NCBI GenBank assembly: GCA_002269645.1
Contig: NIVC01000231.1
Span: 44,076-108,075 of the forward strand
Length of the DNA stretch: 64,000 nt
Source: Macrostomum lignano
Taxonomy: Eukaryota
Direction of reading: 5' to 3'
The notes beneath the pieces are model-generated. The model had not been told where the DNA came from, searched no databases, and was given only the letters and a program-made list of their open reading frames with translations. Below are positions 24,701-37,279 of this stretch, in pieces. A program made the position numbers and the translations under genes. Numbering within the stretch: position 1 is the stretch's first letter; each line of letters begins with the position of its first letter.

Positions 24701-27233
24701 TATTTCGCAAGCTTCGAATAGCCCCATCTCGAACTGGGGCAGCTGTGGAACTGCTATTTGCCTACTGGCCCGCCTCAGGCAGACTGGCTCAGCTGAGACC
24801 GACCGACTCTTGCGACTGCTTACTGTCGCTGTCCAACTTCTTCTTGGACTGCTGCTCTGCCAGGTATGTCATTGATAGATTTTGTGTGACGCCTGGATTT
24901 TCTCTGACTTGCTGGTGTTCTGCTTCTTTTATATTCCTTCTGTGCCATCTGTGTCTTTCCCCGCTTCTCTCTACCCTCCGATATTTCCCCGCTTCTCTCT
25001 ACCCTCCGATATTTCCCCGCTTCTCTCTACCCTCCGATATTTCCCCGCTTCTCTCTACCCTCCGATATTTCCCCGCTTCTCTCTACCCTCCGATATTTCC
25101 CCGCTTCTCTCTACCCTCCGATATTTCCCCGCTTCTCTCTACCTCCGATATTTCCCCGCTTCTCTCTACCCTCCGATATTTCCCCGCTTCTCTCTACCCT
25201 CCGATATTTCCCCGCTTCTCTCTACCCTCCGATATTTCCCCGATTCTCTCTACCCTCCGATATTTCCCCGCTTCTCTCTACCCTCCGATCTTTCCCGCTT
25301 CTCTTTACCCTCCGATCTTTCCCCGCTTCTCTCTACCCTCCGATATTTCCCTGCTTTTCTTACCCTCCGATCTTTCCCCGCCTCTCTTACCCTCCGATAT
25401 TTCCCCTCTTCTGTCACCCTCCGATCTTTCCCCTCTTCTGTCACCCTCCGATCTTTGCTATGCTTTACTTATCCCCTAATTTCCTACACTTGTCCCACTG
25501 CCACGCAGAGACACCGACACGGACAAATCAGTGAGCGGAGGTCACGGCGCTGGCGGCAAAGTCGGCGACATCGCTGACGCCCTGCTACGCCTGCTGGCCC
25601 GGCCTCTGCTGTTGATGCCGCCCGAACGCCGAGTTGAACTGTCGCTACAGAGTCAGGGAGGCCCGGCTGTCACTGTGGCCAGACTGCTACACGTGCTGGC
25701 TGAGTTCCTGTCAGCACCAGCGGCTAGCGGAGCTCCGGTTGAGCAGCTGAGAGGTCTGGCTAAACTGTTGGGAGTGCGATGCGAGCGAACCATTAATAGG
25801 CTATGCGGCTTGGTGAGTCATATTGTCATCTGTGTTTCAGTCGTAATGGGATTTTATTAATGTCAAATTATATTTTATAGATGTCACCAGAGATTTCTAT
25901 AAATGTCTTCTGAGATTTTATAGACATTCCATGAGATTTTTATAGACGTTCTATGAGATTTTTATAGATGTCCACTGAGATTTTTATAGATGTCCACTGA
26001 GATTTTTATAGATGTCCACTGAGATTTTTATAGATGTCCACTGAGATTTTTATAGATGTCCACTGAGATTTTTATAGATGTCCTCTGAGATTTTTATAGA
26101 TGTCCACTGAGATTTTTATAGATGTCCACTAAGGTTTTTATAGATGTCCACTGAGATTTTTATAGATGTCCACTGAGATTTTATCGATGTCACATGGGAT
26201 TTTATAGATGTTGAATTGGATTTTATAGATGTTGAATTGGATTTTATAGATGTTGAATTGGATTTTATAGATGCTGAATTGGATTTTATAGATGTTGAAT
26301 TGGATTTTATAGATGTTGAATTGGATTTTATAGATGCTGAATTGGATTTTATAGATGTTGAATTGGATTTTATAGATGTTATAGATGATAGATTTTATAG
26401 ATTTTAATTATCAATGTGACATGGGATTCTCACTCGATCTCACACAGACCCTGGGCCAGGCTGCTCAAGACGACATTGGCGCTGTCCTCAGCTGTCTGTC
26501 GCCAAGCGGCAAAGCCCGTCGCGGCATCGCCAGCCCGTTGCGCCCGACTCCGTCGACGGCGAAACCGCGACCTCGCCTTGCCGTGGACTCGAGCATCGGA
26601 CCTCGGCTCGAAGACGTTCGCAATGTGATGTCAGACTATTTAAAGGAGAGAAAGAGCAACCCATCTGGAGCGTTCAAAGCCATGCTGAAGCTGCGCTATC
26701 ACGATGTGTATTACAATGTCAACTCCGGCTCCGAGGCCAGGGAACTGAGGGCTGCACAACTGCAAGCTCGCCTGGTGACTAACGAGACAGCCAGCGCATT
26801 CAGCTGCCGGACCAGCTGCATCCTGAGGCTGCACTCGCGAACTCTGGCTAAACGTCGGAGTTCCCTAGCTAACAGTAGTAACAACAGTTCGACAATAAAG
26901 AGGCCGGCAAAGAAGCTGCCTTTAGCTCCGTGCTTTACAGAATCTTCGTCCACCGTTGCTAAGGAGAATTCGCAGCAGCAGCAGCAGCAAAAGCAACAAT
27001 TTGATGAAGATGCCACCTTACGCAGTGCGGTGTTCGCCTCTCTGTCCAGTGTCGGTCTTGCCGAGGATGTCGCATTGGCTGAACAGCTTCGCGTTCTGGC
27101 TTCAGCCGTTCTTACTTCCGGTCTGTTTCCGGTAGCAACTGATCCCAGTGTGTCGCCAGGGAAACGAATCCGAGATGCTGTTGCTATGCAGCTGGGAGCT
27201 GTGATGGCTATGCGAGGACAGAAGTCTGCTTAG
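21714..27233 (+). CDS. MTBP: MDM2-binding protein / Sld7-like replication initiation factor, 821 aa; exons 21714-22379, 23376-23869, 24648-24863, 25509-25812, 26448-27233
   Basis: All introns are GT-AG with consistent phases (0,2,2,0) and the frame is open. Motifs parallel human MTBP as recalled: MDNFIGVTILG~MDRYLLLVIWG; SLHYSLDCLPA~NLHQLSDKLPA; TVEGLLRAQLWHDARI~TVGALKHLREWYSAKI; LRYHDVYY...QLQARLVTNET~LHYHGIEY...ELQSRLIRYET; C-terminal helical domain. Confidence 0.75.
22540..23230 (+). repeat. 20-bp minisatellite (gttcaggtagatctggtagg) in MTBP intron 1
   Basis: Visible 20-nt periodicity. Confidence 0.93.
23945..24562 (+). repeat. 39-bp minisatellite (gggatctaagagacgctaggtatcccataggatatttt-type) in MTBP intron 2
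   Basis: 13-aa periodicity in the translated repeat. Confidence 0.93.
24955..25456 (+). repeat. 28-bp pyrimidine-rich minisatellite (ccccgcttctctctaccctccgatattt) in MTBP intron 3
   Basis: Period 28 (24963, 24991). Confidence 0.93.
25875..26400 (+). repeat. 22-bp then 21-bp minisatellites (gagatttttatagatgtccact / ggattttatagatgttgaatt) in MTBP intron 4
   Basis: Period 22 (25991, 26013), switching to a 21-bp unit near 26200. Confidence 0.93.
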
Positions 27234-27589
27234 AGAGAGAGACAGCTTGTTTCACAAATGCATTTTTTGCTTGGGTCGCGTATTTTATAGTAACTTCATC
27301 GTAAACAACATAATTAGTGTCTAAGTCATTTATTATCTCTATGCAATCTATCTACAAATATAACGTGAAAATATAACTTGCATTTTTAAACATTTGCAAC
27401 TAATTGATTTTATTACAGTTAACAGTTATTTTGGAATTGCTTTTTAATTTTAATTTTTATTAAGTCTTTACAATTTTAAGTGGCACAATGCTACCTACGC
27501 TAAAAAAGAGATTCCGAACGTATTTGTTTCACCTCTTTTAAGTCTTCTTCTTTCAGTCTCATTTTCTCTCAATTATAATCTCACCTCTG

Positions 27590-28712
27590 CATCTCTTCTC
27601 ACTCAAATCTCACCTTCTCCTCTGTGCCTCTCGTCTCACTCTAATCTCACCTTCTCATCTGTGCGTCTCTTCTCACTCTAATCTCACCTTCTCATCTGTG
27701 CGTCTCTTCTCACTCTAATCTCACCTTCTCATCTGTGCGTCTCTTCTCACTCTAATCTCACCTTCTCATCTGTGCGTCTCTTCTCACTCTAATCTCACCT
27801 TCTCATCTGTGCCTCTCGTCTCACTCTAATCTCACCTTCTCATCTGTGCGTCTCTTCTCACTCTAATCTCACCTTCTCATCTGTGCCTCTCTTCTCACTC
27901 TAATCTCACCTTCTCATCTGTGCCTCTCGTCTCACTCTAATCTCACCTTCTCATCTGTGCGTCTCTTCTCACTCTAATCTCACCTTCTCATCTGTGCGTC
28001 TCTTCTCACTCTAATCTCACCTTCTCATCTGTGCGTCTCTTCTCACTCTAATCTCACCTTCTCATCTGTGCCTCTCGTCTCACTCTAATCTCACCTTCTC
28101 ATCTGTGCGTCTCTTCTCACTCTAATCTCACCTTCTCATCTGTGCCTCTCGTCTCACTCTAATCTCACCTTCTCATCTGTGCGTCTCTTCTCACTCTAAT
28201 CTCACCTTCTCATCTGTGCGTCTCTTCTCACTCTAATCTCACCTTCTCATCTGTGCGTCTCTTCTCACTCTAATCTCACCTTCTCATCTGTGCCTCTCTT
28301 CTCACTCTAATCTCACCTTCTCATCTGTGCGTCTCTTCTCACTCTAATCTCACCCCTGCGTCTCTTTTCACTGTAATATCACCTCATCTATGCGTCTTTT
28401 CTCACTCTTATCTCACCACTCTGTCTTTTCTTTCTAATCTAATCTAACTCTCCTAAATCTAACCTCACATCTGCGTCTCTTCTCACTCTTATCTCACCAC
28501 TGTGTCTTTTCTTTCTAATCTAATCTAACTCTTCTCTGTCTAATCTCACATCTGCGTCTCTTCTCACTCTTATCTCACCACTCTGTCTTTTCTTTCTAAT
28601 CTAATCTAACTCTCCTCAATCTAACCTCACATCTGCGTCTCTTCTCACTCTTATCTCACCACTCTGTCTTTTCTTTCTAATCTAATCTAACTCTTCTCAG
28701 TCTAATCTCACA
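27590..28712 (+). repeat. 37-bp intergenic satellite (tctcaccttctcatctgtgcgtctcttctcactctaa) followed by a related ~67-bp unit
   Basis: Period 37 (27661, 27698); longer derivative from ~28390. Confidence 0.93.
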
Positions 28713-28893
28713 TTCAAGACTTTTAACGACATGGCCACACAAGTTTGCACTGGCCTCTGTACTAGCGGCTGATTTACATTCCAGTTATTTTCAAATTGAA
28801 AGCAAAGCTATAACCAATACTAAATCCATATTTCGCACACATTTCAGTGTTATAATATTTGTAATCTCGCTAGTTAATCTAAAAAGTGGCAGC

Positions 28894-30250
28894 ATGCTTC
28901 CACCGGATGTGGCCAATAAGATTCGATCGCTATTGGACACGCTGGACCCGCTGGATCTGACAGATATTGCCAACACTTGCAGCGGAAATGCGTTGCAATT
29001 TCGACGCGGAGATAAAGACGGTTAGGTTTCTTATTCTGATTTTTCTCTTCATTTTTATGCTAAAATCTATATATCTAAATCTAAGCTAATCTAATCTACA
29101 TGCCTACTTATAACTGGGTTCATAAGTAGTGTTTATTGTGCACATTCAGTCGTGGCTGGTTTTGCGAAGCCGTTAAAAGTACAGAGGGGACATGCGGGTG
29201 TGTTAGAGAGTGGATACCAGGTGTGCTTAGGGGGGGGAATACCAGGTGTGCTAGGGGGCGGATACCAGGTGTGCTAGGGGGGGGCGGATACCAGGTGTGC
29301 TAGGGGGCGGATACCAGGTGTGCTGGGGGCGGAAACCAGGTGTGCTAGGGGGCGGATACCAGGTGTGCTAGGGGGGGGCGGATACCAGGTGTGCTAGGGG
29401 GCGGATACCAGGTGTGCTAGGGGGGCGGAAACCAGGTACTAGAGGGGGGCGGATACCAGGTGTGCTGGGGGGCGGATACCAGGTGTGCTAGAGGGCGGAT
29501 ACCAGGTGTGCTACTGCGGGCAGATACCAGATGTGCTAGAAGGGGGGGCGGATACCAGGTGTGCTAGGGAGCGGATACCAGATGTGCTACTGAGGGCAGA
29601 TACCAGGTGTGCTAGGGGGCGGATACCAGGTGTGCTAGGGGGGGGGCGGATACCAGGTGTGCTAGGGGGGGGGCGGATACCAGGTGTGCTAGGGGGGGGG
29701 GGGCGGATACCAGGTGTGCTAGGGGGGGGCGGATACCAGGTGTACTGGGGGGCGGAAACCAGGTGTGCTAGGGGGGGGGGGCGGATACCAGGTGTGCTAC
29801 TGCGGGCAGATACCAGATGTGCCAGGGGGGTGGAGGAAGGTGGAGGATACGTATTAATGTCTGGTATCTTCTTCATGGTATCTACAATCTACAAGCAGTA
29901 CGTCAGCCTAAACTAGCGCTTACCCTACCTCCCTGCATCGTACAGACTGCATCAGGGTAATCCTGGCCTACCACTCGAATCCCGCCGAGTTATTCGCCCG
30001 CCGCAAGATGAAGCGCGAATACCTGATCAAATACCTGTGGACCTGCAACATTCCCGTGTCTCTGTCTTTGTCAAAGACTGAAGCTGTGGTTCGGCTGCTG
30101 CAGCACTGGGACATTAGGGATAGCCAGCAGCTACCGCCGCAGCAGCAACAGCAACAGGCTCTTGGACAGGGTGCAGCGACAGCAAGACCTCGGCAACCTC
30201 AGCTGGCTCAGCAGCAGCAGAATCAGTGTCTGCAACAGCGGCATCAGGTG

Positions 30251-30297
<47 letters not shown>

Positions 30298-31038
30298 GTG
30301 TCTGCCTGCCTCTGTCTCTCTGTAACTGGCTGTCTGTCTTTAGCTGTCAGCCTGTGCTGTATGCCTGTAGCCATCGCTACAAACACTCGGCCCCTAACGA
30401 CCACTCTCGCCCGCCCCCTCCCTGCGCAGCCCCAATCCCAGGTCGCGGCCGCAACAGACGACTCTCGGCAGCCTCCAACTTCAGACTCTGAGGATCCCCA
30501 AGTCCGCGACTTCCTCTCGGGCCTGTCTCGCGCATTTGCCGAGTTTTTCTTCTCAGCCTATCACTCCCCTGACGGCCTGCCAGCAGCAGCCTTCGAGACC
30601 AACTGCGACTTTGTAGTTGAACTGGGCGGACCGGCCATGCCGTCAGTCTGTCCGGTGCATCGCGAACGCCACCAATCAGCCAGTCTGGCCGCCAAAGGTC
30701 TGCTTGAACTTTGCCAGATTCACGGCTACTGTCTGCAGCCGAATCTGGTCAACGGCCTGTCGGCTGAGTTGAGCAGCTTTGGTTTGGTTCGACTCAGCTG
30801 CGACTGTTCTCTGCATCACGGGCGTGGGGGAGGCTGCATCGGTCTGGCCAGGCTGCACTGCTTGCTGGCGCCCAGGCTGACAGACGGAGCATCAACAGCG
30901 TCGAGTAATGGCGCTAAGCAAGACTGCTACGCTATCAGAGGCCTGCGACTGTTGCTGTATTTAGAGGCTGGTGGAGTGCCTGCATGCCTGACTGCCAGTC
31001 TGCCGCCTGTAGAGCGTCGGGCTGCGATTCAGAACTGA
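28894..31038 (+). CDS. C3orf38: C3orf38/DUF4518 homologue (NTF2-like C-terminal domain), ~345 aa; exons 28894-29020, 29946-30247, 30430-31038
   Basis: VILAYHSNPAELFARRKMKREYLIKYL matches the recalled human [48 protein letters not shown]~[22 protein letters not shown]. Phases 1 and 0 are consistent. The exon 3 acceptor (30430) was chosen by phase and polypyrimidine tract. Confidence 0.85.
29210..29830 (+). repeat. G-rich ~21-26-bp minisatellite (gggggcggataccaggtgtgcta) in C3orf38 intron 1
   Basis: Constant core with G runs of variable length. Confidence 0.93.
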
Positions 31039-32149
31039 TGGAGCACCTGATGAGGCTTATGCTGTCAGTTTTTTAATACTATAAATTTATAGAATTTTAT
31101 TATCATCATCATGGCTACTAAAGCTTGTATAATTGACACTCTGAGGATTTTCAAGAATTCGTCCTTTTAAAGGTCCAATAGTTCTTTCTTGGAATAATCA
31201 TTTATAAAAATCGCCTTTTCTAAGAATTACCATTTCCAGGAATCGTCTACCCTATCTAAGAATCACCCTTTCATGAAATCGCTTATTCTAAGAATTGCCC
31301 TTTTTAGAATCGCCTTTTCTAGGAATCGCCTATTCTAAGAATAATCTTTCTGTGAGCTGTCCTTTCTAGGTTTTGCTATTCTAAAAATGTTTAGTTTCTA
31401 AGAGACACTGTTAAAAATCTTTCTTAGAATCGCCTTTTATAATCGCACTTTCTTACATTCTATCATTCTAACAATGGCATTTTCTTAGGAAGTCACGATT
31501 TGTAAAATTTTCGTCATAAAATAGAAAATTTGCTTTCCTGAAAAGCCAAGTTCTCAGCTGATAATTAAATTATTACTCTAATTATTAAATTACAGTGATA
31601 ATTAAATTACTTAACAATTTGTATAAAATATGTAAAACATCATAAACCTATTTGTTTAAATGCATTCACGGTGCCTAAATCTCCATCGATTTAATCTTAA
31701 AAAAAAGGTTTGTCTCCATTGTTATGCATTGTGTATGTTTTTATTGATGTACGACACGGCTCAAATATTTCGTATTTTTTCATAATCTATTTTGACATCA
31801 AAGTCTGTGCAAGTCAAATTCGGATCAAAGCATACTTCTACCTTGACAAATATATTAATATATGCTATTTATAATCATAAATAGTAACAGTAATTTGTGT
31901 TTTTAAAAAAACTTCACAAGAAGTCATTCAATTTGAAACTCGAAATAGAAGTAGGTAGGAGTATTAACTATAGTAATGATTGCAAGCATTTCCTGTCGAA
32001 AATGAATGAAAAATTCATATTATTTTACATACAAACAGAACATTTAATATATTGATCTTTGAGTAACAAAAAAAGATATCTGCGATTTCAAAAACTGGAC
32101 ATTTCTACGTGTAAAATGCTTTCTTACTACCTTAGACGCTTTACACAAA

Positions 32150-34580
32150 ACTGAACGCTTCACAAACTGAGCCATTCACAAACTAAACAATTCACAAACT
32201 GAACAATTCACAAACTGAACAATTCACAAACTGAACAATTCACAAACTGAACAATTCACAAACTGAACAATTCACAAACTGAACAATTCACAAACTGAAC
32301 AATTCACAAACTGAGCCATTCACAAACTGAACAATTCACAAACTAAACAATTCACAAACTGAACAATTCACAAACTGAGCCATTCACAAACTGAACACTT
32401 CACAAACTGAACAATTCACAAACTGAGCCATTCACAAACTGAGCCATTCACAAACTGAACAATTCACAAACTAGACGATTCACAAACTGAAAAATTCACA
32501 AACTGAACAATTCACAAACTGAACAATTCACAAACTGGACGATTCACAAACTGAAAAATTCACAAACTGAACAATTCACAAACTGAACGATTCACAAACT
32601 GAGCCATTCACAAACTGAACAATTCACAAACTGAACAATTCACAAACTGAACACTTCACAAACTGAGCCATTCACAAACTGAACAATTCACAAACTGAGC
32701 CATTCACAAACTGAACAATTCACAAACTGAACAATTCACAAACTGAACAATTCACAAACTGAACAATTCACAAACTGAGCCATTCACAAAGTGAACAATT
32801 CACAAACTGAACAATTCACAAACTGAACGCTTCACGAACTGAGCCATTCACAAACTGAACAATTCACGAACTGGACACTTCACCAACTGGACACGTCACA
32901 TACTAGACACTTCACAAACTGGACACTTCACCAACTGGACACGTCACCAACTGGACACGTCACAGACTGGACACTTCACAAACTGGACACGTCACAGACT
33001 GGACACGTCACAGACTGGACACTTCACAAACTGGACACGTCACAGACTGGACACTTCACAAACTGGACGCTTCACAAACTGCTCACTTCACAAACTGGAC
33101 ACTTCACAGACTGGACACTTCACAAACTGGACGCTTCACAAACTGCTCACTTCACAAACTGGACGCTTCACAAACTGCTCACTTCACAAACTGGACACTT
33201 CACAAACTGGACGATTTACAAAGTACACACTTCACTAACTGGAGCCTTCACAAACTAGACACTTCATTAACTGGACGCTTCACAAACTGGACGCTTCACA
33301 AACTGCTCACTTCACAAACTGGACACTTCACAAACTGGACGCTTCACAAACTGCTCACTTCACAAACTGGACGCTTCACAAACTGCTCACTTCACAAACT
33401 GGACACTTCACAAACTGGACGATTTACAAAGTACACACTTCACTAACTGGAGCCTTCACAAACTGGACACTTCATTAACTGGACGCTTCACAAACTGGAC
33501 GCTTCACAAACTGCTCACTTCACAAACTGGACGCTTCACAAACTGCTCACTTCACAAACTGGACACTTCACAAACTGGACGCTTCACAAACTGCTCACTT
33601 CACAAACTGGACGCTTCACAAACTGCTCACTTCACAAACTGGACACTTCACAAACTGGACGATTTACAAAGTACACACTTCACTAACTGGAGCCTTCACA
33701 AACTGGACACACTGGACACTTCACAAACTGGACACTTCACAAACTGGACACTTCACAAACTGGACGATTTACAAAGTACACACTTCACTAACTGGAGCCT
33801 TCACAAACTGGACACACTGGACACTTCACAAACTGGACACTTCACGAACTGGACACTTCACAAACTACACACTTCACGAACTGGACACTTCACAAACTGG
33901 ACACATTGGACACTTCACAAACTACACACTTCACGAACTGGACACTTCACAAACTGGACACATTGGACACTTCACAAACTGGACGATTCACAAACTACAC
34001 ACTTCACGAACTGGACACTTCACAAACTACACACTTCACGAACTGGACACTTCACAAACTGGACACATTGGACACTTCACAAACTGGACGATTCACAAAC
34101 TACACACTTCACGAACTGGACACTTCACAAACTACACACTTCACGAACTGGACACTTCACAAACTGGACACTTCACAGACTGGACACTTCACAAACTACA
34201 CACTTCACGAACTGGACACTTCACAAACTGGACACTTCACAGACTGGACGCTTCACAAACTGGACGATTTACAAAGTGCACACTTCACTAACTGGAGCCT
34301 TCACAAACTGGACACTTCACAAACTGGACACTTCACAAACTGGACGATTCACAAACTACACACTTCACGAACTGGACACTTCACAAACTACACACTTCAT
34401 GAACTGGACACTTCACAAACTGGACACTTCACAGACTGGACGCTTCACAAACTGGACGATTTACAAAGTACACACTTCACAAACTGGAGCCTTCACAAAC
34501 TGGAGCCTTCACAAACTGGACACTTCATAAACTGGACACTTCACCAACCGGAAAATTCAAAACTGAACACTTCACAAAGT
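32150..34580 (+). repeat. 16-bp satellite (ttcacaaactg[g/a]aca[c/a]), ~2.4 kb
   Basis: Period 16 (32223, 32239); ends ~55 bp from the GPCR stop codon. Confidence 0.95.
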
Positions 34581-34635
34581 AGATACTACTACAATCTTCG
34601 ATTCTATGACTTCAGAAAAACACATTAAAACGCAA

Positions 34636-36960
34636 TCAGGCATTTTGAATAGCCGCATTCGGACGCTCCCTAAGTTCGTAGACCGAAGCCGCAGTCTCAG
34701 CCCTTTCCCATATTCTAAAGCAACACCACCTACGTAGATAATTGGACACTGAAGAGTTCCGCACAAACTGCACGTCTTTAGCGTAGACAATCCAATTGAG
34801 TCCATGAAATACTGCGTAGAGAACATTGAACAATAGGCCCAAATTAGTCCAGTAGATCACGTTTAAATAGAATGCCACGGTGTCCGTGTGACGCAGGTCC
34901 GATGACAGAGCGTACACAGTGCCGACACCGCCGTGTAAAACAAACTCAAACTCAAAATGGCTAGCGTCACCCTGACTGATTGTCTCTGCTCTTCTTTTGC
35001 TGCAAAACCTGTACTACCAGTAGTACATCTTGTACTCTGTCTGCTGCTACGAATTAGACAACTCTGTAAGCTAGAAATCCGTTGAACAGTGGCATCAGTA
35101 TTGAGACTAGGCCGCCCCGATGTACAGCCGTCACGTAGATTGCCATGATGTCGCGCTGCAGAGCTTCCGTGGCGAAGCAGCTTGGGAAGAGAGCGGTTGA
35201 GTCCAGGAATACTAGAGAGTGCCTTATCCGGTACAGCGGCAGAATTGGTATTGACATGGCCAGTGAGATCAGGGCTGTAATATTTGTAAAACGGTATTTT
35301 TTGCAGAAATTGGCTAACAAAAGCTTTTCTGAAACATTGACTATTACGTGTACAAAAACGATTGGTCTTAAAATAGGGGGTAGTCACTACCATGATTAGC
35401 ATCAGGAATGCACGGGCATTACAATAAGCACCTGAATGTGGATTTCTTATTCCAACAGAAGTACTGATTTTACAGGTAAACTTGTCCCTTATCGAAAGAA
35501 TTAACCTGCTCTGGACACGATTGGTTCGATACGGTGGCTATGAAAATTCAGAACCCGGATACTATGAATACACAACCTTAGATAAGCTAGGCTAGTTAAA
35601 ACGGGGATATCCTTGAAAATGACAACTAGCTACATCTTAGATACTCGTACTTCAGTTGTGTCCAGGTAAAACTTATACAGATCTACATGTACGACAGTAG
35701 ATCCACGCACTTTTAGCGAGGCCCTGTTTAGCACACCAATGCTCTTAGTTAGCGTAGCGCACCTAATAACACTAACTATGGCAACCCCTGTTCCTAACAA
35801 TGATCAGTGCCCCTGTTCTTGAACTAATCATGGAGTTCCCCTGCTCCTGACGCTAATCATGGAGTTCCCCTGCTCCTGACGCTAATCATGGAGTTCCCCT
35901 GTCCCTGACGCTAATCATGGAGTTCCCCTGCTGGGATCCCCTCATGGGATCCCCTGTCCCCGACGCTAATCATGGGATCCCCCTGTCCCTGACGCTAATC
36001 ATGGGATCCCCCTGTCCCTGACGCTAATCATGGGATCCCCCTGCCCTGTCCCTGACGCTAATCATGGAGTTCCCCTGTCCCCGACGCTAATCATGAGATC
36101 CCCCTGTCCCTGACGCTAATCATGGAGTTCCCCTGCTGGGATCCCCTCATGGGATCCCCTGTCCCCGACGCTAATCATGAGATCCCCCTGTCCCTGACGC
36201 TAATCATGGGATCCCCCTGTCCCTGACGCTAATCATGGGTTCCCCCTGTCCCTGACGCTAATCATGGAGTTCCCCTGTCCCTGACGCTAATCATGGAGTT
36301 CCCCCTGTCCCTGACGCTAATCATGGGATCCCCCTGTCCCAGACAACCAGAATCAACAGTTTATTCAAAATTTCTCACCAAGTCCAACAGCCATCCGCCT
36401 GCTAAACGCCAATCCGTAGGCCCTGTAACTAAACGGCAGTGTCAGAGCGTGCAACCGGTCAATCATCAGAGCCAGCATGAGCAGCATAGCAAACAGTCCA
36501 GCCGAGGAGGACATTGCAAAACTCCAAGCGGCGCAAAACCAATCGTTAGGATAGAGTGGTAACTCCCAGTCGCCTTTGGACAGGAACTGGTGCATCAGAA
36601 TCAAAGCGTTGGTTGGTAGCAAGCAGGAAATGTACGCATGAGGCTTAGACCATCTTTTTCGAGTGCAAAGCATCACAACAAATGTAGTAACGTTGCCAAA
36701 TAGGCCCGCTAGCAAGCAAACCGGTACTAGAAGTAGCGACGCCCAGCAGGTGACAAATTCTAACGTCAAAGTTCGATGATACATCGTCGAAAGTTCGTCA
36801 TTGTCATCCAATACCGATTGCTGCAGGCGGAAAAGTCAGAGTACTTGTTGCTTTCGCCTCTGGCATCGGGAGTAGTGGTAATGTCAGTGCTTGCATTGTC
36901 CTCCAAGTGATAGATTCCTTTGTTATTTAACGTTGTTAATTGCAGTCCCATTTGTTCCAT
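34636..36960 (-). pseudogene. Class A (rhodopsin-like) orphan/peptide-type GPCR with two frameshifts; exons ~36820 (or 36960)-36379 and 35274-34636
   Basis: TM1 (LAGLFGN), TM3 (LALMIDRLHAL), a phase-1 GT-AG intron into TM4 (LISLAMSIPIL), TM5 (LVSILMPLFNGFL), TM6 (VRVTLAILSLSLF) and TM7 (FHGLNWIVY). TM4-5, TM6 and TM7 lie in three successive frames, each -1 from the previous. Confidence 0.65.
35820..36340 (+). repeat. ~29-31-bp minisatellite (ccctgacgctaatcatggagttcccctgt) in the GPCR intron
   Basis: Direct tandem units visible. Confidence 0.92.
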
Positions 36961-37279
36961 GATGAACTTACAGTGGCTGGATCGATAATGCTGAAATCGA
37001 TGCTAAAAATAACATCTGCATAGGAAAGAAATTTGCCAGTAAGATAAAACACAGTTACCATCAGCTTCTACTAGTAATAGGTGCATGCAGTTTCTCTTAG
37101 CCAATCTGACAGGTTGACTGACGCAGGAAAATTTTTCCGTTGATCCGGAACTGACTGGATAATTACAGAGTGACTTTCTGGTCTATAATGGGATTTTCAT
37201 GTCACTGTTAATCCCTGTCATTTTCGATGCAATCATAGACTTTTTTACTGAAAGTTATGCTGTTAGGGAAAATAGGCGA

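Noticed and set aside
33906-34628. 240-aa DTSQT/HFTNW repeat protein
   Set aside because: Three-frame translation of the 16-bp satellite.
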